DNA from: Eledone cirrhosa
Taxonomy: Eukaryota
Assembly (NCBI GenBank): GCA_964016885.1
Contig: OZ024741.1
Coordinates: 388,678,001 to 388,742,000, forward strand
Length of the DNA stretch: 64,000 bases
Direction of reading: 5' to 3'
Under the pieces are notes generated by a model. It saw only the letters and a program-made list of their open reading frames with translations. It was not told the DNA's origin and did not search any database. The position numbers and the translations under genes were made by a program. Below are positions 49,937 to 63,650 of this stretch, piece by piece (the stretch's first letter is position 1; each line of letters begins with the position of its first letter).

Positions 49937-52488
49937 GTATATTTCTTTAGGTCGTTTTGGAAGCCTCAACAATACTGATGGGTAAATCTCCGGGTAACAA
50001 GATCCGGTGGTGGAGAGAGGGATGTAAGTGAATGTAGGTTGAGATGTGTAGTGTGTAGAAGAGTGTAGGAAAGAACGTAACAATAATAATTGTTTCTACT
50101 TTAGACACAAGGCCAGCAATTACCCAGTGCCTTACTGGTACTTTATTTTATCGACCCCGTAAGGATGAAAGGCAAAGTCAACCTCGGCGTGATTTGAACT
50201 CAGATCGTAAAGGGACGTAACTATGCTGGAAAGCATGGCGTCCGACCCTCTACCGATACTGCCAATCCACCACCCTCACGTAACAATAATAATAACACGA
50301 GATAGGGTTACCTTGGGAGAGATTTAATTGTCCCTATATATTTCAGATTCACATCCATCAACTGGGTTTTTTTTCCGTGGGAGGGGGTGTTATCTGTCGG
50401 AAAGGTGCGAAACGTGTCCTCCGCTGTTCGTTGTTTTGAATATCTGAGGTATTCAGCGGAGCACGCATGCGCGTGAAATGGGGTCGGTCAAGCAGAGGTC
50501 CGCGGCCGAAATAGTTCTTTCAATTGTGGGAGTGAGGTTGTGTTAGCTGTCAGTCCATTGTATTATCTGCCCTGTTGAATAGTGTGTGGTTGTGATAGTA
50601 TTCTCTGCCTGTTTGGTGAATGTTACTGTGTGTGCGTGGGTTGTTGTCTCGCTTGAGTGTGTGTGTGTGTATGCGTGTGTTGTTGCCTCGTTCGTCTGTA
50701 TTAGCAGTGTAGTATGTTCGTATGGTGGAATGCTACTGTCTGTGTGTGTGTCCGTGTGTTGCTGTCTCGCTTGTGTGTGTGAGTGTGTTGCTGCATCGTT
50801 TGTTTACTTAAACCAACCACCTCATTTCGCTTCTCTCGTCGGATCGGTTATTTATTTGTGGCCCTACGCGTTTTATCCAAAGCGCTTCCTTGATTCGTAA
50901 TGTGCCGACGTTTCTTTCTGTCGCTAGAATTGTGACAATGGGTCTTCCATCTTTGTTTCCGCATTTGGTTATGTGTTTCCGGAAAGACGAGGCCCTGGTG
51001 TTAATGTGCTCCTTGATCCGGATGTGTAGCGGCCGGATTGTGCTACCTATATAGTAATGGTTGCACTTGTTACATTCTATCTTATACACGACATATGTGC
51101 ATAGGCAACAGTTCGTATGGTGCATCGGGCAGTTTCTGAGGGAGCACGTGTCAGTTGATTTCCCGGGTTTCCTGGAGAGGCATCTTCGCAGGGAGGGGCC
51201 CGAGTGGCCTGATCTTCAGGTTGGGTCCCTGTTTGTGTGTTTTCACGAGGTGGTAGAAGGCGGGTAGTCTGCTGTTCCTCATGAGGAGGTTGTATCTCAG
51301 CTTCTTCAGGAGCTTCCGCCGGTCGCAGATGTTGGTCCAGGCGGCGTTGATGTGCTCCTCTATCTGCGCGGGAGTGATTCCCGTGACCTTGGAGTAGAGG
51401 TTGTCATCGTCAAGGTGTTGGAGGGCCAGGGTGTTGTAGGCCTATCTGCTGGTGACGCAGAATTCCTTTCCCTTGTCGGAAGGGGGGTAGATGAGGTTCT
51501 TCGATTTCAGATTGGAGAGAGTGGTAGTTGAGATTTGGTGAGGTTGTGTGTTGTGCGTGTGTGTGTGTGTTTGCGAAGTATTTTAGCTTGATGAGTTTAG
51601 TGTCGAGTTCGTGATTGATGGGTGGTGGGTGGAGTGGGTTGTCGGGGTGGTAAGTGGGGAACTTGGGGTGGGTTGCGTGGGCGCTGTTGATGGCGATCAC
51701 CCATTTAAGTTGGTAAGCGGCTCGACAAAAGTTGGCCTCGATGTTGAGTTTGAGTCTGTCGTCGAGACGTTGTGAGACGATGAACTTGGGTCCGAGGTGT
51801 AGGAGTTTCAGCTCGTCGCTCGTGAGAATGCCGGTTAGGTTGGTGACTAGGTACGTCGCATCGTTGAGGTGTGGCTCGGTGTTGGTGGATGGGGCGGTGG
51901 CGGTTGTTAAGTTGTTGTTTTCCACGTGGTTCTGGTCCGTCTGTTCGTTAGTGTCTATGTTCTCGTTGTGGCGTTTCGACAAGATCCACTCATATTTTCG
52001 CTTGAGCCGTTTTTTCTCGTATTGGCTCTGGAGTGGTAGCACTGGTCGATTGCTTTAGTGATTTTCAGGAGCAAGTCCCCGGGTGCTATTGACAGTCGAT
52101 GTGTCCGCTCTGAGAGTGTCCGCTTATGGACGTGTAATTGGCGGTTGAGATGTCTCAGGATCTGTTTGATACACGTGCGATGTATGCGGTTAGTGGTGTT
52201 TTGGAAAGGTGGTGTACGTAGGCTTACTGGTAAGCGGATGTTCCTGATGGTGGTGGGGATGACATCGTTTTTTAGGCAGTGTTTCAGGAAAATAATTTGA
52301 CAGCCAGCATTGGCCCATTTCTCCGACAGTCTAAACAGTTCCCTTACGCTCTTTCCTACACTCTTCTACACACTACACATCTCAACCTACATTCACTTAC
52401 ATCTCTCTCTCCACCATAGGATCATGTTACACGGAGATTTACCCATCTGCATTGTTGAGGCTTCCAAAACGACCTAAAGAAATATACC
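49937..52488 (-). mobile_element. Penelope-like element with an internal RT deletion, bounded by inverted repeats of about 145 bp
   Basis: N-terminus FLKHCLKNDVIP...LLHLGPKF; GIY-YIG VVYKIECNKCNHYYIGSTIRPLHIRIKEH...IKEALWI...QIN; 49937-50080 is the reverse complement of 52344-52488. Confidence 0.8.
50091..50277 (-). mobile_element. SINE family 1 copy
   Basis: Reverse complement of the 24448 family; 16-bp TSD ACGTAACAATAATAAT. Confidence 0.82.
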
Positions 52489-52492
52489 ATAT

Positions 52493-52738
52493 ATCATCAT
52501 CATCATCATCATCATTTTACGTCCGCTTTACCCTGCTTGCAAGGGTGGGATGGGAACTGATTCTGGCTTGATTTCTACAGCTGGATGCCCTTCCTAACAC
52601 CAACCTCATTTACAGTGAGTAAACTGGAGCAATGTGAAATAAAGTGTCTTGCTCAAGGAAACAACACATCACCTGGTCCGAGAATTGAACTCACAACCTT
52701 TCGATTGCAAGGCCAATACTCTAACCACTAAGCCATGT
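52493..52738 (-). mobile_element. SINE family 2 copy (shorter form)
   Basis: Reverse complement of the 31788 family head and RTE-type tail. Confidence 0.78.
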
Positions 52739-53055
52739 TGTTATACTTTGGGATGGTCATGCTGCCAATAAAAACACATGCACTTGTTGGTTTTCACTTC
52801 AGTTTATTATAAATTTCCAGTTGGTCAGGTGGTTCAATAACAAGATTCTGTAGGAGAGAACAAAAGAGAGACACAAAATAAAAACCTAGTCACTGGGGAG
52901 GTCACACAATGTGTGACGAAAGAGCTTTGACAATATATAAACAACTATTCGGTTATCGAACCAACCAACCAACCAGAAATTTATAATAGATTGACGTGAA
53001 AACCAACAGGTGCGTGTGTTTTTATTTGCAGCATGACACTCCCAAAGTATAACAG
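52739..53055. mobile_element. MITE/foldback with terminal inverted repeats of about 105 bp
   Basis: TGTTATACTTTGGGA...GTTCAATAAC vs GTTATCGAAC...TCCCAAAGTATAACA. Confidence 0.7.
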
Positions 53056-53304
53056 TATCTGTTTCAACACATGTTTTCAGATAAGAAATCTTGCAAACCA
53101 AATTAAAAAACTAAATATGTAAAAATAAATATAATTATATTGTATTGTATGCATGGCTGTATTTGTCTATATTTTTATGTATACTTTATGTATGGTCATG
53201 TTGTCATGTTGTTTAACAAGATTAAGAAGTGACATTATTTACTACTTGTTTGTATTAATGATACTCAGCCAAACAGGTACTTCAATAGAACAAATACATA
53301 TATA

Positions 53305-55900
53305 TCCTTGTTTTAATGTCTGCTTTCCCTGCTAGCAAGAGTTGGACAGGTCTACATAGACCAGGTCTGTACTGAAGTGGAGCCACTGATCTCCCAGGTA
53401 GGCCAGGGATCTGTGTCTTACTTTATGTATGGTCGACACTTCACCAAGTGCACAGGGGAGTTTGTCATGTCTTTAATACAACTGAGGGTTCTCTCAACCC
53501 TTTGTCTGGCAAGCTTTCTATGGCTGGCTGCCCTTCCTATCACCAACAACTTTACAGCATATACTGGGTGTGTTTATCGTGTAGGTCACCAAACACTAGA
53601 GAGGCTGTCATATCCTTGAATAGCTGAAGGGTCATCCCAGCCCTCTGTTTGTTTAGCCCTTCATGGCTGAATGCCCTTCCCATCACCAACTGCCTCACAG
53701 GAAGGGCAGCTGCTAAGAATGGGGGGGGGAGCATGCATGGTGAGGTTGAAGTAGTGATATTGAGGGTAACTGTTGTGGAGCACGAATGAAGGTGTGAGGG
53801 CATAAGGGTAAGTCAGGTCATATTGTAAGCTGCAGATCGGGTCTTCCTCAGCATTGCATAGCACTAGCCCACATGGTCTTTAGTCATTTCTGTTGTGAGG
53901 TTTAGTTTTTTAAGGTCAGTTTTCATAACCTCATTCCATGTCTTCCTGGGCTTGCCTCTTCCACAAGTCTCAGCCACTAGGGTTTTTCTGCATTTCTTTA
54001 TGCAGCTGTTATCTTCCATGCACATCACATGTCCATACCAATGCAGTCTTCTCTCTAGCACACTACAGCATATTCCTCTTATGCCAAGTTTTTCCCTCAA
54101 TTTGCTTATGCATTGTCATTCATGCACACTAACATTACACATCCATTGGAGTATGCTCAACTTATTTCTTTCTAGCCTTTGCAGGTCTTTTGCAGTCAAG
54201 GCCCATGTTTCACTGCCATGTAGCATGGCAGTTCACACACAGGCATTATACAATCTACCCTTCACTCTGAGAGAAAAGCATTTTGTCGTTAGCAGTGGTA
54301 ATAGATCTCTAAAGCTCTTCCAGCCTGTACTTATCCTAGCTATCAAACTTTCAGTACATCCTCCCCCACTACTAATTTAATTGCCTAGGTAGTGAAAGCT
54401 GTCAATAACTTCTATGGATCCCCCCTGGCAGCTGAGAGAATTTATTTCATGTGTGCTCTCGTGCTTACTTTCCTTTTGCATCTGCCATATATAAAGCCTA
54501 TCTTTTCCGTTAGCCTACCAGAAATCCCCTACTTTACTGATGTGTCCATAATTTACATTGTGTTCACCTTATGAAATTTCTACCCACCCTTTTCTGATAT
54601 ATTGAACAACGCCACTTTCCTGATGGTATCACCTTCCTGTCTTCTTTTCTACTAATTCAAACTTTCATCTTTGCTAAATTTACTTTTAGACCCCCGGCTC
54701 TAGATTCATCTGCCATGCTTGAAATTACTTAGTAATGGCCTGAAGCACAATGATAAACAGGAGTGGACTGAGAGCTGATCCCTGGTGGACCCCCCACCTG
54801 CACTTCAAATTCATCACTGTATTAATTGCCAACTTTCACTGAGCTGGTTGCTCTTCTATACATGACCTGTACAGCCTTCACAAGCCATTCATCTACACCT
54901 AGCTTCCTAAGTGCTCACCAGATTATAGAGTGTGGGACCCTGTCAAAGGTCTTCTCCAGATCTACAAATGCTAGATGCAGTGGCTTACTCTTAGCTAAGG
55001 ATCTCTCCTGTAGTTGTTTCACCAGAACGAGGGCATCAGTAGTACTCCTACCTGGCAGAAATCTGAACTGCATCTCATCTAACATGATTCTGTTCCTAAT
55101 TAGCTGTGCTATAATCCTTTCAGCAACTTTCATGACCTGGTCCCGCAACTTAATGCCTCGATAGTTATTTTTCTCTAGTGCATCTCCTTTAACGTTATAA
55201 CAAGTTATCATACAATGACACTGCTGTGCAAGTTGTTGGATATGACACCATCCTGTACTACTTGATGAACTATGCATCTGACTAGCTCATATCCTACCAT
55301 GCCAGATGCTTTTAGCATCTCAGCAACTATAACGGATAGTCCTGTTACCTTCCTTGCCTTCATGTCCTTAATTGCTTTATCTATTGTACTGCTATCAACT
55401 TTTATGGATGGTCTCTCAGTAGGGTCTGCATGGGGTAGGCTCTCACTGTCTCATTCATTTTCCTCATTCAGCAGTCTCTCATAGTATGTCTTCTATGCCA
55501 CTTCTGTTTGGCATCAGACAGGGCAACTGCTCCATTGTCATTTCAGACACTTTTCTCTAACTACATCGTGATTTTTTCTTGCAATCTAGAACATTTCACA
55601 CCTCTGATCCTCATGACACAGAACATGTTCAAACTTCTTCTTTTCTGCCTCTTCCCTTGCTAGATATACTTAGCAACTAGCTTTCCTTCTAGCTTCTTGC
55701 TATCTGGTATTGCTCTTTGTCTCCTCTGTTCCTCCAATTTTCTCCAAGCTTGTCTTCTTGTTTTAATTGCTCTTTCTCCTTTGTCATTCCCCCACTATGT
55801 CACCCTCCATCTGGGTGGGACCTTGCTCCAGCCATGGACATGGCTTGTGGTTTCCAGCAGGTTGTCCCATATAACAGTAAGTTAAATCTGCAGATTATAA
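53305..55900 (-). mobile_element. Decayed RTE LINE with 3'UTR
   Basis: NYRGIKL, GRSTTDA, AFVDLEKTFDRVP, ERRLHWYGHV. Confidence 0.85.
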
Positions 55901-56102
55901 AACTTCTATTCCTTCTCGCTTTATTTTCCAATATGTGAAGGTATGAGAAAAACAGATATTAAATGATGATGATGATGATGATGATGACAGATCTCAATCA
56001 TATTTCTGTGAACTGGTTGACTATCTAGAGGTATACAGCTTGAAGCTTCATCATCAACAACAAGCATTTTAAGGTCATTTTCCCTGCTAAAGGGCCGTGA
56101 CT

Positions 56103-56309
56103 TTAACCCTTTAATGTTCAGACCGGCCAGATATCTCTACCTCTTTCTGTTGAAACTGGCTGTAACTGGTCACTCAAACTGATGTTAAGGTATTGTTCTC
56201 AAAATAAATACTTTCAAAATCTCATAGATTCGATATTATGTGAGATAATTATGTGAGGTAAAGCCTTTACCATGAAAATACAATAGTAATGTGAATGCTA
56301 AAGAGTTAA
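56103..56309. mobile_element. piggyBac-type MITE
   Basis: TTAA-CCCTTTAATGTTCA ... TGAATGCTAAAGAG-TTAA. Confidence 0.5.
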
Positions 56310-58482
56310 CAAGAGAGATGGGATAGGATAACTAATCCCTGTCTGTTCATGTGAGATTATGTATAATCTTTCCATGTGACCTCATGCTTTTTCCTTTTCC
56401 TTGTGTAATTTCACATAAATGCATACCTCCTTTGGCAGTGACTGACTTCAACTGCTTGCACTCACACTATGGTTGTATATGAGTATCATCAAATTATGTT
56501 ATTCCAGAAAATCTTGTTTGTAATTAGATATTACAAGTTCAATATGATAATAACATATTAACTGTGAATTTAATACATACATTAATTATTCATATTACAA
56601 CAAGATATTAATGCAAGACAAGAGATAGCAAACCTACTGATCGAGGCTGCAGAATTTTGGACAATCGTATGGATGACAGGAATTTTAAAAGAATGAATTC
56701 TATTTAAAAATTAAAGAATGAAATTTATGATTCATCAATATTTGTATGTTAAGAAAAATAAATGAAAAAGAAAGAGAAAAGAAAAGAGAAAAATTAAATA
56801 GTAAAAGTGATGGAAGTGGGTGATGAGCAGCCAGCTTTACCTGCTAGAATAAGCAGTATATCTCAGCTGCATCCTGCAGATGAAATGGTGAAGGCATTGC
56901 CATGGAGAACAACCATCAACACCTACTGCATCAGCCACTCTACCTTACATGGCTCTTTCTTCAAGCAAGATGCACTACTTCAGAGACCATGGACACCAGA
57001 AGTCTCGATGGCAACTGGTACAAAAAGGAAGCAGTTGGTCAACTCCTGGTATTTGGTTATCTTCCTCTCCTCTGCATCACCGGTGGCAGTGCCCCAGTTT
57101 GTGAACAACATGATAACATTGGAAACAGAAAGTATCAAAGCACATGGAATCGCAGATTAGGAACTTTTAAAAAATGAATTGTAACTAGAAAACTTTTGAT
57201 GTCAACAATTCGGTCAGAGAGTGAATTCTATGTATGCAGAGTCATCAGTTTTAGGAAGGAAGCTGAAAATTATAGTGTTGTCTAGACATTAGGTATGTGT
57301 TACACATAAGGGATGGAAGATTTGATTTGTAGAAAGGATTAATATGCATGGTTTGCATATTAGTGAGAAGAGGTGGCTGGGTGATAGTTGGATGGAAGTC
57401 TAATGATAGAGGAATATGAAGTATCTATTAAATAATTTCTCATTAATTCTTAAAAGCTTTGACATGGCACTGGTGAGGACCGTGGTAATAGAGATGATAA
57501 TAAGGATAATGTATATATGTGTTTACATATATATATATGTATACATCAAATTGCTTTTATGGTAAAATATTTTAGAAGCATAACAAAAATAAGTATATGT
57601 ATATAAATATCACACACACACACATATACATCATCATTATCATCATCATCATCATCATCATCATCACCGTTTTACATCAATTTTTCCACATTAGCATGTG
57701 TTAGATGTGTTATCCTGCTGTGGGCAATGTTGGGTCAGGTGACCTTGTCTTGCTCATACTTGGTTTGGTTTCTACAGCTGGATGCCCTTCCTAACACCAA
57801 CCTCATTTACAGTGAGTACTGGGTACTTTTTGTCATATCACCAGGAAGACCACTTTACAGTGTGGACTGGGTGCTTTTTTTCATGACACCTACATGACCA
57901 CATTACAGTGTGGGGTGTAAAGTGGTCATGATTATATATTATATATATACATATATATATCTTATATATATGATGATATATTATATTATATATTATATAT
58001 TATATATATACACATATATAATTTATAATATAATAGATATATCATCATCATCATCATCACTGTCATTTTAACATCTGCTTTGCCTGCTAGAAAGGGTTGG
58101 ATGGGTGTATTCTAGGGAGGTTGTCATGCTCTTGACATGACTGAAGCGTCCTCCCACCCTTTGTTTGGTTGCTTGGCAATTTCTACATGGCTGGAAGCCC
58201 TGCCTATCACCTACCACTTCCCGGGAAGGTGGGGGCTGCTAGAAATATGTGTGTGTGTGTGGGGGGTGGGGTGGGTGTGGGGGTTGAAGTAGTGATTTGA
58301 GGATAACTGTTAGGGAGTGCTAGTGGAATATATATATATATATATGTATATATAGTAAGCAAAAAAGTGTTGGTAAAATCCAGTAGTTCAGTATGCGGAT
58401 AGGGAGGACTCAATGAAGATATCTGGAGTTATAATAGTGACGAAACATAAGTCAATTGTATGAACTCATAATCCTTTATTTT

Positions 58483-58536
58483 CCGCTATATATATTTCGA
58501 TGATAGCCATTGTATGGCTATGACCTCATCAGGCAG
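58483..58536 (-). ncRNA. Minimal type I hammerhead ribozyme
   Basis: Minus strand: ctgc CTGATGA ggtc-atagcca-tacaa-tggctat-catc GAAA tatata TA gcgg. Loop III is palindromic and stem I has 4 bp. Confidence 0.7.
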
Positions 58537-60059
58537 TCAGTAAGTTCTTAGATATGCCAGCTCTGGTGTTGATGGTTTGGGACATATGAACTTGTTAGGA
58601 ATAATTTAATGTTGTCAGCAGGAATAATCTTAATTCTCATTGGTCAGTTTGTAGATGCTAGTAGGGTTGGTATTTGACTTCAAAGAGGCAGGTGGTGTTG
58701 TAAAGTTCAAACCGGCAGGCAAGATGACAATAGTTCCATATGACTGATTTTCACAAAAAGCATTCCTGGTCAGATATATATTCAATTGAGGTTTATAGTA
58801 TGAAATTCGATACTACAGGTCATTCTTAAATTGAGGAATTTATGTGGAGTGGTGCTACTGAAAATTATGGTTAGAGTCAAATACTTAGAAAGTTTACATA
58901 TAAAAAGACTTATGTTGGTTGACTTGTACATACACTCACACCTACCCCCACAGACACACACACACATCCACACACACAAATCCATACAGATGCGTATATA
59001 TATGTATGTACACACAAGTGTGTATATATATACAAAAGAGGCCCCCAAATCCAAGTGTATGGCATAAAATGAGGTGGGTGTTATTTTTAAAGGAAAGTGG
59101 GTGTTTGCAAAAAAGAAAAATTATTGTTTAGACTAGACAAAAGTAGAGTGTGATATATATCTTCACAGCAATAGCTTAGGGGCTTTGGAGCTTAGGCGAT
59201 TCCCTTAGTACAGATATATACAGGTACACGCACCCACCACCACTTGTATACCCCTGGATGTGTGTGTATGTCTATATACACATGTGCACTCATACAAAAG
59301 AGCATACACAAATATATTCTTAAGCATACACTCGAACATTTTTCAAATGCAACCTGGGGTATTAATATTTCGTTGCGTTCACATAAGTGTGTACATTCAC
59401 CTAATCCCGGTATACACACACAACGCACGGTTGCGGGCACGCATTCATGCGTATAGGGTTAGTACCTTAGGATAATCGCTCTTCTTGTGTAGGCCACTCC
59501 CGGGTGGGGGAGGGGGGGTCATCAGGTTAAAAAAACGTGGTTTTGCTGACTCCTAACCAGTAGAGGATCTGGTGGACAATCCACCTTGGGGACCACAAAC
59601 TATGGGTGGGTATTGTTGCCCATTGGTCATTGGTACGGGGGTGTAGGGAGCCCTACAGGGGGGGGGAACCCTGCCAATTTCATGTATCTTGCCAGTTCAT
59701 TAGAGCTTGCCCAGTATGTGAGGAGCTGCGGGAGTGGGCCTATGGGGGTGGTGTGTGTGAAAAAGTATGGGGCGGTGCTAGCCTATTATAAGGGTGCCGA
59801 AATTACTACTAAGGGGTGGCCAGGGGGGGGGGGGGGCAGGGGAGGAAAAGGGCGTCGTGGGAGGCCATAACCAGGGTTTATCCATATAGCTTGAGGAAAG
59901 TTCTCATCCTAAGGTGTCGTGTCTGCACGTGCCAAATAGGTTGGCCCTTCTGTTTAATAGCTTGGTTCCGCCATGAAGTCTCGAGTGTCTCACTAAGACA
60001 AAGGTTGCGAATACCAGACCCACCTCTGTCTGGCGGAACCTTTCTAACCATGGACCAGA

Positions 60060-60360
60060 CCAAAGAGTGCGGGGTCCCTTCAAGTTTGAGCTTCCAGATA
60101 AATTCAGAAAGTGTTCAATGTTGGCCAGTTTAAGGGTTTTAACGAGCTCTACTTCTCTAGCTAGGCTCGTTAAAAACCTTAAACTGGCCAACATTGAACA
60201 CTCACTAACTTGGGCTATCTTGGCTAGATCTCCAGCGTTTAACGGGAGAAATTGTTGCGATCTCTGTCTCACCAAGGCCTATCACATAACTTTGTCAAAG
60301 CCACCCCCCTATAAATGACAGGAATGAGTTGGTCATCAACTTCCACCACCGCAGAGCGAG
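60060..60360 (+). pseudogene. Penelope-like GIY-YIG C-terminal remnant
   Basis: STSLARLV..LK...LTWAILARS...CDLCLTKAYHI followed by a NELV-like motif. Confidence 0.6.
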
Positions 60361-60837
60361 CTCCTAAAACAGAATATTTGACCCACCTTAGCCTATCATT
60401 TAATCACGCTCCTCCCTATAACTAACAAACATATTTAGTCCCCCACATAAACACATATAAGTTACCTCCCTTGCATTATCTTTGTCACATATCTCATTAT
60501 AACTTTACCTATAAGCTACCTCTTGACATTATCTTAGTTACAACTCTCATTGTTGCATTTGGATCTTCAAAGAGTTGCCTCCCTTGAAACCCATCTCTGT
60601 ACAATAAGGTAATTTCCCTACAAGAAGCCATCTTGTTGTGCGCTTGGCAGCATTGTTTACTTTCAGCCTCATCAGATATGTAACGGTTCTTTATAACATA
60701 CACTTGAATTTTCCAGTGTCAAGGGACCCATCTAGGGACCTGCTAATTTGACGATTATTTATGGACACGTAACCCTCTTATTTTATTTTATTTTATTTCT
60801 ACTTTATACATATTAATATTTTCATTATCTAACTTCA

Positions 60838-60962
60838 AGTTCTGAGGAGCTGCTCCATAATATTATTCTATGTTACTTATCTTTCTCTGCACCAAATCAA
60901 TAACGATATTACCATCGATTGATCCAGAAACATTATATGGAGTAGTGAAACAATTGTAAACT
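60838..60962 (+). ncRNA. Type I hammerhead ribozyme with a long stem II insertion
   Basis: agtt CTGAGGA gctgctccata...tatggagtagt GAAA caattg TA aact. Stem II has 11 bp, loop III is the palindrome ACAATTGT, and the cleavage triplet is GUA. Confidence 0.75.
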
Positions 60963-61639
60963 GACATTATTATCCCCTTTTTTATATTAAACTGCACTTA
61001 ATGTTGATACTTTTCAACTAATGTCTTCTATGTGAGCTTGTGGTCTTGATTTGCTTAACTACTGAATATATATATACTTATAAAAGAGAAGCTTGTTTGT
61101 ATGTTGACCACTAATAACATTAAGTAAAAATGACAATATTAAAAGGTTTTGCGTGTTTTTTCAACTAATCTGACCTCCAACAAGCTCGCTGTTGACTTAT
61201 TTTCCCAAAACGGAAGGGGGAGTGATTTGGGGGAGAATTTACTTCTCTTTCTAGTATATATATATATGTACCAGACCAGCATAATTTACCATCCTAACCA
61301 ATGAATGACAGAGAACGATGCTGAATTCTTGGTCGCCTACCCCCAGAGATTTGACCAAACACAATTTAGCATGATAAAATCAACGATGACACATTCCACC
61401 TAACAAAGTCTGTGGCAAGCCAAAATAACAAATTAGGTGTTTAACAATTCAGCAACATGTGGGCGTGAGTTTACATGTGAGAACACATATCTGAGGTGCT
61501 TTTGATTCCAGAGTCAGGAATGAACATGAACGATCGTTCCTTGAGCTGATTGGCAGTGAAACATATGTAATATGTGATAAAATATGTATATGATGCAATA
61601 CTGATTCTTTGTTCCCTAATTGTATATAAATATATATAT

Positions 61640-62085
61640 ATATCATCTTCATTGTCATCATTGTTTAACATCATTTTTACATCCGTTCTTCGATGTTGGC
61701 TTGGATTGGATGGGTCCTTCTCAACACAGCATCTCTCCACTCATCGGAATCCTTTGTCATCTCTTCTGTGAGTCTCAGTGAGAGGTCAGCTCTCACAACT
61801 TCTGCCCAGGTCATTCTTGGTCTACCTCTACTATGGCTTCCTTTCACTGGCATTTCATGGCACGTCTTCACACAATGATTATTGTTCATGCACGTCATAT
61901 GTCCAAATCAATGCAGTCTTCTCTCCTGTACACCACCTTGGATTCCTCTTAAAACCAGCTTCTCCCTCAACTCATCCAAGCTCTGCCTTTCTCTCATGCT
62001 TACATTGCACATCCAATGGAGCATGGTTGATTCATCTCTCCCAAGTCAACACGTCCTCTACAGTCACAGCCATACTTCACTACTA
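61640..62085 (-). mobile_element. RTE LINE 3' fragment
   Basis: RGRPRMTW...; degenerate (GAT)n tail. Confidence 0.78.
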
Positions 62086-62602
62086 TGACTTTGATCTTTG
62101 ATCTTGCTGCTTACAATATTGCTCATTGGAATAAAGCAAACACTATTCATTACAGTATTATAAGGTAACAGTATACATATATATACATATATGTATATAT
62201 ATATATGTATATATATATATAGGAGTCACGTGTAGAAGTCATGACAAAAAGCACGCAGCCCACACTATAAAGAGGTCATATAGATGTGACAAAAAAAAAA
62301 ATGCACTCAGTCCACACGGTAAAGTGATCGTGTAAAAGACACGGCAAAAAGCACCCAGCAAACACTGAAAATATGGTTGGCTTTAGGAAGGGCATCCAGC
62401 TGTAGAAATATAGCCAGAAACAGTTCTGTATGAGCAGGTTATGGTCACCTGACCCAACCTGCCTCAAATGGGACAACCCGTCTAACCCATGCTAGCATGG
62501 AAGGTGGACGTTAAACGGCAATGATGATATATATATACACTCATATAATACACACTCACATATATATATATATATATTAATCATATATATATGTGATTAA
62601 TA

Positions 62603-63650
62603 TCATCATCGTTTAACGTCCATATTCCACGCTTGCATGGGTTTGGACGGGAGTTTTCCCCACTTGAGGCAAGAGTGGTTGTCTTGCTCGCATAGGACTG
62701 TCTGGCGGCTTTTCTACAGTTGGATGCCCTTCCTAAGACCAACCACATTTACAGTGTGGACTGGGAGGTTTTTACCGTGTTACCTACACGGCCACATTAC
62801 AGCGTGGACTGTGTGTTTTTTTGTCGTGACACCTACATGAGCTCATTTGTTTCAGGCTGGATGTTGTGGTACCAACATAACTTTACATTGAAAGGGGTGG
62901 TGTGGATGGGGTGGGGGTAGTGGGATGGGGTGTATTTTGTTAGAGGTGCCTACTGACTGTAGTAGGTTTCACTTTGTACTTAGGTAAGGCGGGTCTTCTC
63001 TATTACTGTGTAGCGCCAAAGATCTCGGTCCAGTGACATTGTCTTGGAGAGGTGTAAGTGTGTGAGGTCGGAATTTATCAAGTCGTCCCAGGTTTTTCTG
63101 GGTCTGCCTACTCCGTGGCTACCGTCTATTTTTATTGCCCTGCACTTTTTTATACAGCTGTCGTCTTTCATGGACATCACGTGACCATACCAACGTAGTC
63201 TTCTCTCGAGTAAACAACATCTGATCCCTCTTATTTCTAATTTTTCCCTTAGTTCGTTTATGCTTTGCCGTTCACGTATATTACTATTACACATCCAGCG
63301 GAGCATGCAAGCTTCGTTCCTCTCCAGTCTGCTTATATCCTCTGCACACAATGCCCAGGTCTCACTGCCATGCAACATTGCTGTTCGTATGCAGGCATCA
63401 TACAACCTGCCTTTCATTTTTAAGGAGAACCCTTTAGCGGCTAATAGCTCTCTGAACTTTTTCCATCCAGTTCTGACTCTAGCTACTGTACTTTCAGAGC
63501 ACCCTCCCCCACTGCTGATTTTGTCACCCAGGTAACGGAAGCTGTCCACTATTTCTATAGAACCATCTGTGCAATGGAATGAGCTAGTATTCTGTGGCAC
63601 TTGCTGCTACTTATTGCACCAGAGCACCGGCCACATATAAAATCTATGTT
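62603..63650 (-). mobile_element. 5'-truncated RTE LINE with a long 3'UTR
   Basis: ORF 62980-63600 FRYLGD...MLHGSETWAL...RRLRWYGHV...GRPRKTW; the 3'UTR ends in (GAT)n. Confidence 0.87.

Noticed and set aside
50385-50520. Hammerhead-like GAAA hairpins in the Penelope terminal region
   Set aside because: No CUGANGA core on either strand.
60655-60680. CTGATGA-ggct-GAAA on the minus strand
   Set aside because: Stems I and III cannot be formed.
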